Positions 34,583 to 49,500 of a DNA stretch of 64,000 nt are shown here, piece after piece. The number at the start of each line of letters is the position of its first letter. Positions within the stretch are counted from its first letter, which is position 1. The position numbers and the translations under genes are program-made. A model generated the notes under the pieces. The model made no database searches and had not been told where the DNA came from. It worked only from the letters and a program-made list of their open reading frames with translations. Location: positions 806,001 to 870,000 of the forward strand of contig OZ218956.1 of the NCBI GenBank assembly GCA_965112735.1, given 5' to 3'. This DNA comes from Phaeosaccion multiseriatum (taxonomy: Eukaryota; Protista; Ochrophyta, other classes).

Positions 34583-37500
34583 GGATGGGCTCAAATGGCC
34601 CAATCTGGCTCTGTGCTGGGATCAAAAAAGCCCAAAGTCCGCATTTGTGGGGCACACACAGCCCGACCGACGCGTTTGCTGGCCACAACATGCCCACTCC
34701 GGGCATTGGCTCAGCACAACAGGCCGAACTGAGATACTACATTGCCACAACAGCGCCAAGTGGGGCCTTGGATGGGCTCAAATGGCCCAATCTGGCTCTG
34801 TGCTGGGATCAAAAAAGCCCAAAGCCCGAACAACGCGTTTGCTGGCCACAACATGCCCACTCCGGGCATTGGCTCAGCACAACAGGCCGAACTGAGATAC
34901 TACATTGCCACAACAGCGCCAAGTGGGGCCTTGGATGGGCTCAAATGGCCCAATCTGGCTCTGTGCTGGGATCAAGAAAGCCCAAAGCCCGCATTTGTGG
35001 GGCACACAAAGCCCGACCGACGCGTTTGCTGGCCACAACATGCCCACTCCGGGCGTTGGCTCAGCACAACAGGCCTAACTGAGATACTACATTGCCACAA
35101 CAGCGCCAAGTGGGGCCTTGGATGGGCTCAAATGGCCCAATCTGGCTCTGTGCTGGGATCAAAAAAGCCCAAAGCCCGCATTTGTGGGGCACACACAGCC
35201 CGAACGACGCGTTTGCTGGCCACAACATGCCCACTCCGGGCATTGGCTCAGCACAACAGGCCCAACTGAGATACTACATTGCCACAACAGCGCCAAGTGG
35301 GGCCTTGGATGGACTCAAATGGCCCAATCTGGCTCTGTGCTGGGATCAAAAAAGCCCAAAGTCCGCATTTGTGGGGCACACACAGCCCGACCGACGCGTT
35401 TGCTGGCCACAACATGCCCACTACGGGCATTGGCTCAGCACAACAGGCCCAACTGAGATACTACATTGCCACAACAGCGCCAAGTGGGGCCTTGGATGGG
35501 CTCAAATGGCCCAATCTGGCTCTGTGCTGGGATCAAAAAAGCCCAAAGTCCGCATTTGTGGGGCACACACAGCCCGACCGACGCGTTTGCTGGCCACAAC
35601 ATGCCCACTCCGGGCATTGGCTCAGCACAACAGGCCCAACTGAGCTACTACATTGCCACAACAGCGCCAAGTGGGGCCTTGGATGGACTCAAATGGCCCA
35701 ATCTGGCTCTGTGCTGGGATCAATAAAGCCTAAAGTCCGCATTTGTGGGGCACACACAGCCCGAACGACGCGTTTGCTGGCCACAACATGCCCACTCCGG
35801 GCATTGGCTCAGCACAACAGGCCGAACTGAGATACTACATTGCCACAACAGCGCCAAGTGGGGCCTTGGATGGGCTCAAATGGCCCAATCTGGCTCTGTG
35901 CTGGGATCAAAAAAGCCCAAAGCCCGAACAACGCGTTTGCTGGCCACAACATGCCCACTCCGGGCATTGGCTCAGCACAACAGGCCGAACTGAGATACTA
36001 CATTGCCACAACAGCGCCAAGTGGGGCCTTGGATGGGCTCAAATGGCCCAATCTGGCTCTGTGCTGGGATCAAGAAAGCCCAAAGCCCGCATTTGTGGGG
36101 CACACACAGCCCGAACGACGCGTTTGCTGGCCACAACATGCCGACCCCGGGCATTGGCTCAGCACAACAGGCCTAACTGAGATACTACATTGCCACAACA
36201 GCGCCAAGTGGGGCCTTGGATGGGCTCAAATGGCCCAATCTGGCTCTGTGCTGGGATCAAAAAAGCCCAAAGCCCGAACAACGCGTTTGCTGGCCACAAC
36301 ATGCCCACTCCGGGCATTGGCTCAGCACAACAGGCCGAACTGAGATACTACATTGCCACAACAGCGCCAAGTGGGGCCTTGGATGGGCTCAAATGGCCCA
36401 ATCTGGCTCTGTGCTGGGATCAAGAAAGCCCAAAGCCCGCATTTGTGGGGCACACAAAGCCCGACCGACGCGTTTGCTGGCCATAACATGCCCACTCCGG
36501 GCGTTGGCTCAGCACAACAGGCCCAACTGAGATACTACATTGCCACAACAGCGCCAAGTGGGGCCTTGGATGGGCTCAAATGGCCCAATCTGGCTCTGTG
36601 CTGGGATCAAAAAAGCCCAAAGCCCGCATTTGTGGGGCACACACAGCCCGAACGACGCGTTTGCTGGCCACAACATGCCGACCCCGGGCATTGGCTCAGC
36701 ACAACAGGCCTAACTGAGGTACTACATTGCCACAACAGCGCCAAGTGGGGCCTTGGATGGACTCAAATGGCCCAATCTGGCTCTGTGCTGGGATCAAAAA
36801 AGCCCAAAGTCCGCATTTGTGGGGCACACACAGCCCGACCGACGCGTTTGCTGGCCACAACATGCCGACGCCGGGCATTGGCTCAGCACAACAGGCCGAA
36901 CTGAGATACTACATTGCCACAACAGCGCCAAGTGGGGCCTTGGATGGGCTCAAATGGCCCAATCTGGCTCTGTGCTGGGATCAAAAAAGCCCAAAGCCCG
37001 AACAACGCGTTTGCTGGCCACAACATGCCCACTCCGGGCATTGGCTCAGCACAACAGGCCGAACTGAGATACTACATTGCCACAACAGCGCCAAGTGGGG
37101 CCTTGGATGGGCTCAAATGGCCCAATCTGGCTCTGTGCTGGGATCAATACAGCCCAAAGCCCGCATTTGTGGGGCACACAAAGCCCGACCGACGCGTTTG
37201 CTGGCCACAACATGCCCACTCCGGGCATTGGCTCAGCACAACAGGCCCAACTGAGATACTACATTGCCACAACAGCGCCAAGTGGGGCCTTGGATGGGCT
37301 CAAATGGCCCAATCTGGCTCTGTGCTGGGATCAAAAAAGCCCAAAGCCCGAACAACGCGTTTGCTGGCCACAACATGCCCACTCCGGGCATTGGCTCAGC
37401 ACAACAGGCCGAACTAAAATACTACATTGCCACAACAGCGCCAAGTGGGGCATTGGATGGGCTCAAATGGCCCAATCTGGCTCTGTGCTGGGATCAAGAA

Positions 37501-40500
37501 AGCCCAAAGCCCGCATTTGTGGGGCACACAAAGCCCGACCGACGCGTTTGCTGGCCATAACATGCCCACTCCGGGCGTTGGCTCAGCACAACAGGCCCAA
37601 CTGAGATACTACATTGCCACAACAGCGCCAAGTGGGGCCTTGGATGGGCTCAAATGGCCCAATCTGGCTCTGTGCTGGGATCAAGAAAGCCCAAAGCCCG
37701 CATTTGTGGGGCACACACAGCCCGAACGACGCGTTTGCTGGCCACAACATGCCGACCCCGGGCATTGGCTCAGCACAACAGGCCTAACTGAGATACTACA
37801 TTGCCACAACAGCGCCAAGTGGGGCCTTGGATGGGCTCAAATGGCCCAATCTGGCTCTGTGCTGGGATCAAAAAAGCCCAAAGCCCGAACAACGCGTTTG
37901 CTGGCCACAACATGCCCACTCCGGGCATTGGCTCAGCACAACAGGCCGAACTGAGATACTACATTGCCACAACAGCGCCAAGTGGGGCCTTGGATGGGCT
38001 CAAATGGCCCAATCTGGCTCTGTGCTGGGATCAAGAAAGCCCAAAGCCCGCATTTGTGGGGCACACAAAGCCCGACCGACGCGTTTGCTGGCCATAACAT
38101 GCCCACTCCGGGCGTTGGCTCAGCACAACAGGCCCAACTGAGATACTACATTGCCACAACAGCGCCAAGTGGGGCCTTGGATGGGCTCAAATGGCCCAAT
38201 CTGGCTCTGTGCTGGGATCAAGAAAGCCCAAAGCCCGCATTTGTGGGGCACACACAGCCCGAACGACGCGTTTGCTGGCCACAACATGCCGACCCCGGGC
38301 ATTGGCTCAGCACAACAGGCCTAACTGAGGTACTACATTGCCACAACAGCGCCAAGTGGGGCCTTGGATGGACTCAAATGGCCCAATCTGGCTCTGTGCT
38401 GGGATCAAAAAAGCCCAAAGTCCGCATTTGTGGGGCACACACAGCCCGACCGACGCGTTTGCTGGCCACAACATGCCCACTCCGGGCATTGGCTCAGCAC
38501 AACAGGCCGAACTGAGATACTACATTGCCACAACAGCGCCAAGTGGGGCCTTGGATGGGCTCAAATGGCCCAATCTGGCTCTGTGCTGGGATAAAAAAAG
38601 CCCAAAGCCCGAACAACGCGTTTGCTGGCCACAACATGCCCACTCCGGGCATTGGCTCAGCACAACAGGCCGAACTGAGATACTACATTGCCACAACAGC
38701 GCCAAGTGGGGCCTTGGATGGGCTCAAATGGCCCAATCTGGCTCTGTGCTGGGATCAATACAGCCCAAAGCCCGCATTTGTGGGGCACACAAAGCCCGAC
38801 CGACGCGTTTGCTGGCCACAACATGCCCACTCCGGGCATTGGCTCAGCACAACAGGCCCAACTGAGATACTACATTGCCACAACAGCGCCAAGTGGGGCC
38901 TTGGATGGGCTCAAATGGCCCAATCTGGCTCTGTGCTGGGATCAAAAAGCCCAAAGCCCGAACAACGCGTTTGCTGGCCACAACATGCCCACTCCGGGCA
39001 TTGGCTCAGCACAACAGGCCGAACTAAAATACTACATTGCCACAACAGCGCCAAGTGGGGCATTGGATGGGCTCAAATGGCCCAATCTGGCTCTGTGCTG
39101 GGATCAAGAAAGCCCAAAGCCCGCATTTGTGGGGCACACAAAGCCCGACCGACGCGTTTGCTGGCCATAACATGCCCACTCCGGGCGTTGGCTCAGCACA
39201 ACAGGCCCAACTGAGATACTACATTGCCACAACAGCGCCAAGTGGGGCCTTGGATGGGCTCAAATGGCCCAATCTGGCTCTGTGCTGGGATCAAGAAAGC
39301 CCAAAGCCCGCATTTGTGGGGCACACACAGCCCGAACGACGCGTTTGCTGGCCACAACATGCCGACCCCGGGCATTGGCTCAGCACAACAGGCCTAACTG
39401 AGATACTACATTGCCACAACAGCGCCAAGTGGGGCCTTGGATGGGCTCAAATGGCCCAATCTGGCTCTGTGCTGGGATCAAAAAAGCCCAAAGCCCGAAC
39501 AACGCGTTTGCTGGCCACAACATGCCCACTCCGGGCATTGGCTCAGCACAACAGGCCGAACTGAGATACTACATTGCCACAACAGCGCCAAGTGGGGCCT
39601 TGGATGGGCTCAAATGGCCCAATCTGGCTCTGTGCTGGGATCAAGAAAGCCCAAAGCCCGCATTTGTGGGGCACACAAAGCCCGACCGACGCGTTTGCTG
39701 GCCATAACATGCCCACTCCGGGCGTTGGCTCAGCACAACAGGCCCAACTGAGATACTACATTGCCACAACAGCGCCAAGTGGGGCCTTGGATGGGCTCAA
39801 ATGGCCCAATCTGGCTCTGTGCTGGGATCAAGAAAGCCCAAAGCCCGCATTTGTGGGGCACACACAGCCCGAACGACGCGTTTGCTGGCCACAACATGCC
39901 GACCCCGGGCATTGGCTCAGCACAACAGGCCTAACTGAGGTACTACATTACATTGCCACAACAGCGCCAAGTGGGGCCTTGGATGGACTCAAATGGCCCA
40001 ATCTGGCTCTGTGCTGGGATCAAAAAAGCCCAAAGTCCGCATTTGTGGGGCACACACAGCCCGACCGACGCGTTTGCTGGCCACAACATGCCCACTCCGG
40101 GCATTGGCTCAGCACAACAGGCCGAACTGAGATACTACATTGCCACAACAGCGCCAAGTGGGGCCTTGGATGGGCTCAAATGGCCCAATCTGGCTCTGTG
40201 CTGGGATCAAAAAAGCCCAAAGCCCGAACAACGCGTTTGCTGGCCACAACATGCCCACTCCGGGCATTGGCTCAGCACAACAGGCCGAACTGAGATACTA
40301 CATTGCCACAACAGCGCCAAGTGGGGCCTTGGATGGGCTCAAATGGCCCAATCTGGCTCTGTGCTGGGATCAATACAGCCCAAAGCCCGCATTTGTGGGG
40401 CACACAAAGCCCGACCGACGCGTTTGCTGGCCACAACATGCCCACTCCGGGCATTGGCTCAGCACAACAGGCCCAACTGAGATACTACATTGCCACAACA

Positions 40501-43500
40501 GCGCCAAGTGGGGCCTTGGATGGGCTCAAATGGCCCAATCTGGCTCTGTGCTGGGATCAAAAAAGCCCAAAGCCCGAACAACGCGTTTGCTGGCCACAAC
40601 ATGCCCACTCCGGGCATTGGCTCAGCACAACAGGCCGAACTAAAATACTACATTGCCACAACAGCGCCAAGTGGGGCATTGGATGGGCTCAAATGGCCCA
40701 ATCTGGCTCTGTGCTGGGATCAAGAAAGCCCAAAGCCCGCATTTGTGGGGCACACAAAGCCCGACCGACGCGTTTGCTGGCCATAACATGCCCACTCCGG
40801 GCGTTGGCTCAGCACAACAGGCCCAACTGAGATACTACATTGCCACAACAGCGCCAAGTGGGGCCTTGGATGGGCTCAAATGGCCCAATCTGGCTCTGTG
40901 CTGGGATCAAGAAAGCCCAAAGCCCGCATTTGTGGGGCACACACAGCCCGAACGACGCGTTTGCTGGCCACAACATGCCGACCCCGGGCATTGGCTCAGC
41001 ACAACAGGCCTAACTGAGATACTACATTGCCACAACAGCGCCAAGTGGGGCCTTGGATGGGCTCAAATGGCCCAATCTGGCTCTGTGCTGGGATCAAAAA
41101 AGCCCAAAGCCCGAACAACGCGTTTGCTGGCCACAACATGCCCACTCCGGGCATTGGCTCAGCACAACAGGCCGAACTGAGATACTACATTGCCACAACA
41201 GCGCCAAGTGGGGCCTTGGATGGGCTCAAATGGCCCAATCTGGCTCTGTGCTGGGATCAATACAGCCCAAAGCCCGCATTTGTGGGGCACACAAAGCCCG
41301 ACCGACGCGTTTGCTGGCCACAACATGCCCACTCCGGGCATTGGCTCAGCACAACAGGCCCAACTGAGATACTACATTGCCACAACAGCGCCAAGTGGGG
41401 CCTTGGATGGGCTCAAATGGCCCAATCTGGCTCTGTGCTGGGATCAAAAAAGCCCAAAGCCCGAACAACGCGTTTGCTGGCCACAACATGCCCACTCCGG
41501 GCATTGGCTCAGCACAACAGGCCGAACTAAAATACTACATTGCCACAACAGCGCCAAGTGGGGCATTGGATGGGCTCAAATGGCCCAATCTGGCTCTGTG
41601 CTGGGATCAAGAAAGCCCAAAGCCCGCATTTGTGGGGCACACAAAGCCCGACCGACGCGTTTGCTGGCCATAACATGCCCACTCCGGGCGTTGGCTCAGC
41701 ACAACAGGCCCAACTGAGATACTACATTGCCACAACAGCGCCAAGTGGGGCCTTGGATGGGCTCAAATGGCCCAATCTGGCTCTGTGCTGGGATCAAGAA
41801 AGCCCAAAGCCCGCATTTGTGGGGCACACACAGCCCGAACGACGCGTTTGCTGGCCACAACATGCCGACCCCGGGCATTGGCTCAGCACAACAGGCCTAA
41901 CTGAGGTACTACATTGCCACAACAGCGCCAAGTGGGGCCTTGGATGGACTCAAATGGCCCAATCTGGCTCTGTGCTGGGATCAAAAAGCCCAAAGTCCGC
42001 ATTTGTGGGGCACACACAGCCCGACCGACGCGTTTGCTGGCCACAACATGCCCACTCCGGGCATTGGCTCAGCACAACAGGCCGAACTGAGATACTACAT
42101 TGCCACAACAGCGCCAAGTGGGGCCTTGGATGGGCTCAAATGGCCCAATCTGGCTCTGTGCTGGGATCAAAAAAGCCCAAAGCCCGAACAACGCGTTTGC
42201 TGGCCACAACATGCCCACTCCGGGCATTGGCTCAGCACAACAGGCCGAACTAAAATACTACATTGCCACAACAGCGCCAAGTGGGGCCTTGGATGGACTC
42301 AAATGGCCCAATCTGGCTCTGTGCTGGGATCAAAAAAGCCCAAAGTCCGCATTTGTGGGGCACACACAGCCCGACCGACGCGTTTGCTGGCCACAACATG
42401 CCCACTCCGGGCATTGGCTCAGCACAACAGGCCGAACTGAGATACTACATTGCCACAACAGCGCCAAGTGGGGCCTTGGATGGGCTCAAATGGCCCAATC
42501 TGGCTCTGTGCTGGGATCAATAAAGCCCAAAGCCCGCATTTGTGGGGCACACAAAGCCCGACCGACGCGTTTGCTGGCCACAACATGCCCACTCCGGGCG
42601 TTGGCTCAGCACAACAGGCCCAACTGAGATACTACATTGCCACAACAGCGCCAAGTGGGGCCTTGGATGGGCTCAAATGGCCCAATCTGGCTCTGTGCTG
42701 GGATCAAAAAAGCCCAAAGTCCGCATTTGTGGGGCACACAAAGCCCGACCGACGCGTTTGCTGGCCACAACATGCCCACTCCGGGCATTGGCTTAGCACA
42801 ACAGGCCGAACTGAGATACTACATTGCCACAACAGCGCCAAGTGGGGCCTTGGATGGACTCAAATGGCCCAATCTGGCTCTGTGCTGGGATCAAAAAAGC
42901 CCAAAGTCCGCATTTGTGGGGCACACACAGCCCGACCGACGCGTTTGCTGAACACAACATGCCCACTCCGGGCATTGGCTCAGCACAACAGGCCGAACTG
43001 AGATACTACATTGCCACAACAGCGCCAAGTGGGGCCTTGGATGGGCTCAAATGGCCCAATCTGGCTCTGTGCTGGGATCAAGAAAGCCCAAAGCCCGCAT
43101 TTGTGGGGCACACACAGCCCGAACGACGCGTTTGCTGGCCACAACATGCCGACGCCGGGCATTGGCTCAGCACAACAGGCCCAACTGAGATACTACATTG
43201 CCACAACAGCGCCAAGTGGGGCCTTGGATGGACTCAAATGGCCCAATCTGGCTCTGTGCTGGGATCAAGAAAGCCCAAAGTCCGCATTTGTGGGGCACAC
43301 ACAGCCCGACCGACGCGTTTGCTGGCCACAACATGCCCACTACGGGCATTGGCTTAGCACAACAGGCCCAACTGAGATACTACATTGCCACAACAGCGCC
43401 AAGTGGGGCCTTGGATGGGCTCAAATGGCCCAATCTGGCTATGTGCTGGGATCAAAAAAGCCCAAAGTCCGCATTTGTGGGGCACACACAGCCCGAACGA

Positions 43501-46500
43501 CGCGTTTGCTGGCCACAACATGCCCACTCCGGGCATTGGCTCAGCACAACAGGCCGAACTGAGATACTACATTGCCACAACAGCGCCAAGTGGGGCCTTG
43601 GATGGGCTCAAATGGCCCAATCTGGCTCTGTGCTGGGATCAAGAAAGCCCAAAGCCCGCATTTGTGGGGCACACAAAGCCCGACCGACGCGTTTGCTGGC
43701 CACAACATGCCCACTCCGGGCATTGGCTCAGCACAACAGGCCGAACTGAGATACTACATTGCCACAACAGCGCCAAGTGGGGCCTTGGATGGGCTCAAAT
43801 GGCCCAATCTGGCTCTGTGCTGGGATCAAAAAAGCCCAAAGCCCGAACAACGCGTTTGCTGGCCACAACATGCCCACTCCGGGCATTGGCTCAGCACAAC
43901 AGGCCCAACTGAGATACTACATTGCCACAACAGCGCCAAGTGGGGCCTTGGATGGGCTCAAATGGCCCAATCTGGCTCTGTGCTGGGATCAATACAGCCC
44001 AAAGCCCGCATTTGTGGGGCACACAAAGCCCGACCGACGCGTTTGCTGGCCACAACATGCCCACTCCGGGCATTGGCTCAGCACAACAGGCCCAACTGAG
44101 ATACTACATTGCCACAACAGCGCCAAGTGGGGCCTTGGATGGGCTCAAATGGCCCAATCTGGCTCTGTGCTGGGATCAAAAAAGCCCAAAGCCCGAACAA
44201 CGCGTTTGCTGGCCACAACATGCCCACTCCGGGCATTGGCTCAGCACAACAGGCCGAACTAAAATACTACATTGCCACAACAGCGCCAAGTGGGGCATTG
44301 GATGTGCTCAAATGGCCCAATCTGGCTCTGTGCTGGGATCAAGAAAGCCCAAAGCCCGCATTTGTGGGGCACACAAAGCCCGACCGACGCGTTTGCTGGC
44401 CATAACATGCCCACTCCGGGCGTTGGCTCAGCACAACAGGCCCAACTGAGATACTACATTGCCACAACAGCGCCAAGTGGGGCCTTGGATGGGCTCAAAT
44501 GGCCCAATCTGGCTCTGTGCTGGGATCAAAAAAGCCCAAAGCCCGCATTTGTGGGGCACACACAGCCCGAACGACGCGTTTGCTGGCCACAACATGCCGA
44601 CCCCGGGCATTGGCTCAGCACAACAGGCCTAACTGAGATACTACATTGCCACAACAGCGCCAAGTGGGGCCTTGGATGGGCTCAAATGGCCCAATCTGGC
44701 TCTGTGCTGGGATAAAAAAAGCCCAAAGCCCGAACAACGCGTTTGCTGGCCACAACATGCCCACTCCGGGCATTGGCTCAGCACAACAGGCCGAACTAAA
44801 ATACTACATTGCCACAACAGCGCCAAGTGGGGCATTGGATGGGCTCAAATGGCCCAATCTGGCTCTGTGCTGGGATCAAGAAAGCCCAAAGCCCGCATTT
44901 GTGGGGCACACAAAGCCCGACCGACGCGTTTGCTGGCCATAACATGCCCACTCCGGGCGTTGGCTCAGCACAACAGGCCCAACTGAGATACTACATTGCC
45001 ACAACAGCGCCAAGTGGGGCCTTGGATGGGCTCAAATGGCCCAATCTGGCTCTGTGCTGGGATCAAGAAAGCCCAAAGCCCGCATTTGTGGGGCACACAC
45101 AGCCCGAACGACGCGTTTGCTGGCCACAACATGCCGACCCCGGGCATTGGCTCAGCACAACAGGCCTAACTGAGGTACTACATTGCCACAACAGCGCCAA
45201 GTGGGGCCTTGGATGGACTCAAATGGCCCAATCTGGCTCTGTGCTGGGATCAAAAAAGCCCAAAGTCCGCATTTGTGGGGCACACACAGCCCGACCGACG
45301 CGTTTGCTGGCCACAACATGCCCACTCCGGGCATTGGCTCAGCACAACAGGCCGAACTAAAATACTACATTGCCACAACAGCGCCAAGTGGGGCATTGGA
45401 TGGGCTCAAATGGCCCAATCTGGCTCTGTGCTGGGATCAAGAAAGCCCAAAGCCCGCATTTGTGGGGCACACAAAGCCCGACCGACGCGTTTGCTGGCCA
45501 TAACATGCCCACTCCGGGCGTTGGCTCAGCACAACAGGCCCAACTGAGATACTACATTGCCACAACAGCGCCAAGTGGGGCCTTGGATGGGCTCAAATGG
45601 CCCAATCTGGCTCTGTGCTGGGATCAAGAAAGCCCAAAGCCCGCATTTGTGGGGCACACACAGCCCGAACGACGCGTTTGCTGGCCACAACATGCCGACC
45701 CCGGGCATTGGCTCAGCACAACAGGCCTAACTGAGGTACTACATTGCCACAACAGCGCCAAGTGGGGCCTTGGATGGACTCAAATGGCCCAATCTGGCTC
45801 TGTGCTGGGATCAAAAAAGCCCAAAGTCCGCATTTGTGGGGCACACACAGCCCGACCGACGCGTTTGCTGGCCACAACATGCCCACTCCGGGCATTGGCT
45901 CAGCACAACAGGCCGAACTGAGATACTACATTGCCACAACAGCGCCAAGTGGGGCCTTGGATGGGCTCAAATGGCCCAATCTGGCTCTGTGCTGGGATCA
46001 ATAAAGCCCAAAGCCCGCATTTGTGGGGCACACACAGCCCGAACGACGCGTTTGCTGGCCACAACATGCCGACCCCGGGCATTGGCTCAGCACAACAGGC
46101 CTAACTGAGGTACTACATTGCCACAACAGCGCCAAGTGGGGCCTTGGATGGACTCAAATGGCCCAATCTGGCTCTGTGCTGGGATCAAAAAAGCCCAAAG
46201 TCCGCATTTGTGGGGCACACACAGCCCGACCGACGCGTTTGCTGAACACAACATGCCCACTCCGGGCATTGGCTCAGCACAACAGGCCGAACTGAGATAC
46301 TACATTGCCACAACAGCGCCAAGTGGGGCCTTGGATGGGCTCAAATGGCCCAATCTGGCTCTGTGCTGGGATCAAGAAAGCCCAAAGCCCGCATTTGTGG
46401 GGCACACACAGCCCGAACGACGCGTTTGCTGGCCACAACATGCCGACGCCGGGCATTGGCTCAGCACAACAGGCCCAACTGAGATACTACATTGCCACAA

Positions 46501-49500
46501 CAGCGCCAAGTGGGGCCTTGGATGGACTCAAATGGCCCAATCTGGCTCTGTGCTGGGATCAAGAAAGCCCAAAGTCCGCATTTGTGGGGCACACACAGCC
46601 CGACCGACGCGTTTGCTGGCCACAACATGCCCACTACGGGCATTGGCTTAGCACAACAGGCCCAACTGAGATACTACATTGCCACAACAGCGCCAAGTGG
46701 GGCCTTGGATGGGCTCAAATGGCCCAATCTGGCTATGTGCTGGGATCAAAAAAGCCCAAAGTCCGCATTTGTGGGGCACACACAGCCCGAACGACGCGTT
46801 TGCTGGCCACAACATGCCCACTCCGGGCATTGGCTCAGCACAACAGGCCGAACTGAGATACTACATTGCCACAACAGCGCCAAGTGGGGCCTTGGATGGG
46901 CTCAAATGGCCCAATCTGGCTCTGTGCTGGGATCAAGAAAGCCCAAAGCCCGCATTTGTGGGGCACACAAAGCCCGACCGACGCGTTTGCTGGCCACAAC
47001 ATGCCCACTCCGGGCATTGGCTCAGCACAACAGGCCGAACTGAGATACTACATTGCCACAACAGCGCCAAGTGGGGCCTTGGATGGGCTCAAATGGCCCA
47101 ATCTGGCTCTGTGCTGGGATCAAAAAAGCCCAAAGCCCGAACAACGCGTTTGCTGGCCACAACATGCCCACTCCGGGCATTGGCTCAGCACAACAGGCCC
47201 AACTGAGATACTACATTGCCACAACAGCGCCAAGTGGGGCCTTGGATGGGCTCAAATGGCCCAATCTGGCTCTGTGCTGGGATCAATACAGCCCAAAGCC
47301 CGCATTTGTGGGGCACACAAAGCCCGACCGACGCGTTTGCTGGCCACAACATGCCCACTCCGGGCATTGGCTCAGCACAACAGGCCCAACTGAGATACTA
47401 CATTGCCACAACAGCGCCAAGTGGGGCCTTGGATGGGCTCAAATGGCCCAATCTGGCTCTGTGCTGGGATCAAAAAAGCCCAAAGCCCGAACAACGCGTT
47501 TGCTGGCCACAACATGCCCACTCCGGGCATTGGCTCAGCACAACAGGCCGAACTAAAATACTACATTGCCACAACAGCGCCAAGTGGGGCATTGGATGTG
47601 CTCAAATGGCCCAATCTGGCTCTGTGCTGGGATCAAGAAAGCCCAAAGCCCGCATTTGTGGGGCACACAAAGCCCGACCGACGCGTTTGCTGGCCATAAC
47701 ATGCCCACTCCGGGCGTTGGCTCAGCACAACAGGCCCAACTGAGATACTACATTGCCACAACAGCGCCAAGTGGGGCCTTGGATGGGCTCAAATGGCCCA
47801 ATCTGGCTCTGTGCTGGGATCAAAAAAGCCCAAAGCCCGCATTTGTGGGGCACACACAGCCCGAACGACGCGTTTGCTGGCCACAACATGCCGACCCCGG
47901 GCATTGGCTCAGCACAACAGGCCTAACTGAGATACTACATTGCCACAACAGCGCCAAGTGGGGCCTTGGATGGGCTCAAATGGCCCAATCTGGCTCTGTG
48001 CTGGGATAAAAAAAGCCCAAAGCCCGAACAACGCGTTTGCTGGCCACAACATGCCCACTCCGGGCATTGGCTCAGCACAACAGGCCGAACTAAAATACTA
48101 CATTGCCACAACAGCGCCAAGTGGGGCATTGGATGGGCTCAAATGGCCCAATCTGGCTCTGTGCTGGGATCAAGAAAGCCCAAAGCCCGCATTTGTGGGG
48201 CACACAAAGCCCGACCGACGCGTTTGCTGGCCATAACATGCCCACTCCGGGCGTTGGCTCAGCACAACAGGCCCAACTGAGATACTACATTGCCACAACA
48301 GCGCCAAGTGGGGCCTTGGATGGGCTCAAATGGCCCAATCTGGCTCTGTGCTGGGATCAAGAAAGCCCAAAGCCCGCATTTGTGGGGCACACACAGCCCG
48401 AACGACGCGTTTGCTGGCCACAACATGCCGACCCCGGGCATTGGCTCAGCACAACAGGCCTAACTGAGGTACTACATTGCCACAACAGCGCCAAGTGGGG
48501 CCTTGGATGGACTCAAATGGCCCAATCTGGCTCTGTGCTGGGATCAAAAAAGCCCAAAGTCCGCATTTGTGGGGCACACACAGCCCGACCGACGCGTTTG
48601 CTGGCCACAACATGCCCACTCCGGGCATTGGCTCAGCACAACAGGCCGAACTAAAATACTACATTGCCACAACAGCGCCAAGTGGGGCATTGGATGGGCT
48701 CAAATGGCCCAATCTGGCTCTGTGCTGGGATCAAGAAAGCCCAAAGCCCGCATTTGTGGGGCACACAAAGCCCGACCGACGCGTTTGCTGGCCATAACAT
48801 GCCCACTCCGGGCGTTGGCTCAGCACAACAGGCCCAACTGAGATACTACATTGCCACAACAGCGCCAAGTGGGGCCTTGGATGGGCTCAAATGGCCCAAT
48901 CTGGCTCTGTGCTGGGATCAAGAAAGCCCAAAGCCCGCATTTGTGGGGCACACACAGCCCGAACGACGCGTTTGCTGGCCACAACATGCCGACCCCGGGC
49001 ATTGGCTCAGCACAACAGGCCTAACTGAGGTACTACATTGCCACAACAGCGCCAAGTGGGGCCTTGGATGGACTCAAATGGCCCAATCTGGCTCTGTGCT
49101 GGGATCAAAAAAGCCCAAAGTCCGCATTTGTGGGGCACACACAGCCCGACCGACGCGTTTGCTGGCCACAACATGCCCACTCCGGGCATTGGCTCAGCAC
49201 AACAGGCCGAACTGAGATACTACATTGCCACAACAGCGCCAAGTGGGGCCTTGGATGGGCTCAAATGGCCCAATCTGGCTCTGTGCTGGGATCAATAAAG
49301 CCCAAAGCCCGCATTTGTGGGGCACACACAGCCCGAACGACGCGTTTGCTGGCCACAACATGCCGACCCCGGGCATTGGCTCAGCACAACAGGCCTAACT
49401 GAGGTACTACATTGCCACAACAGCGCCAAGTGGGGCCTTGGATGGACTCAAATGGCCCAATCTGGCTCTGTGCTGGGATCAAAAAAGCCCAAAGTCCGCA

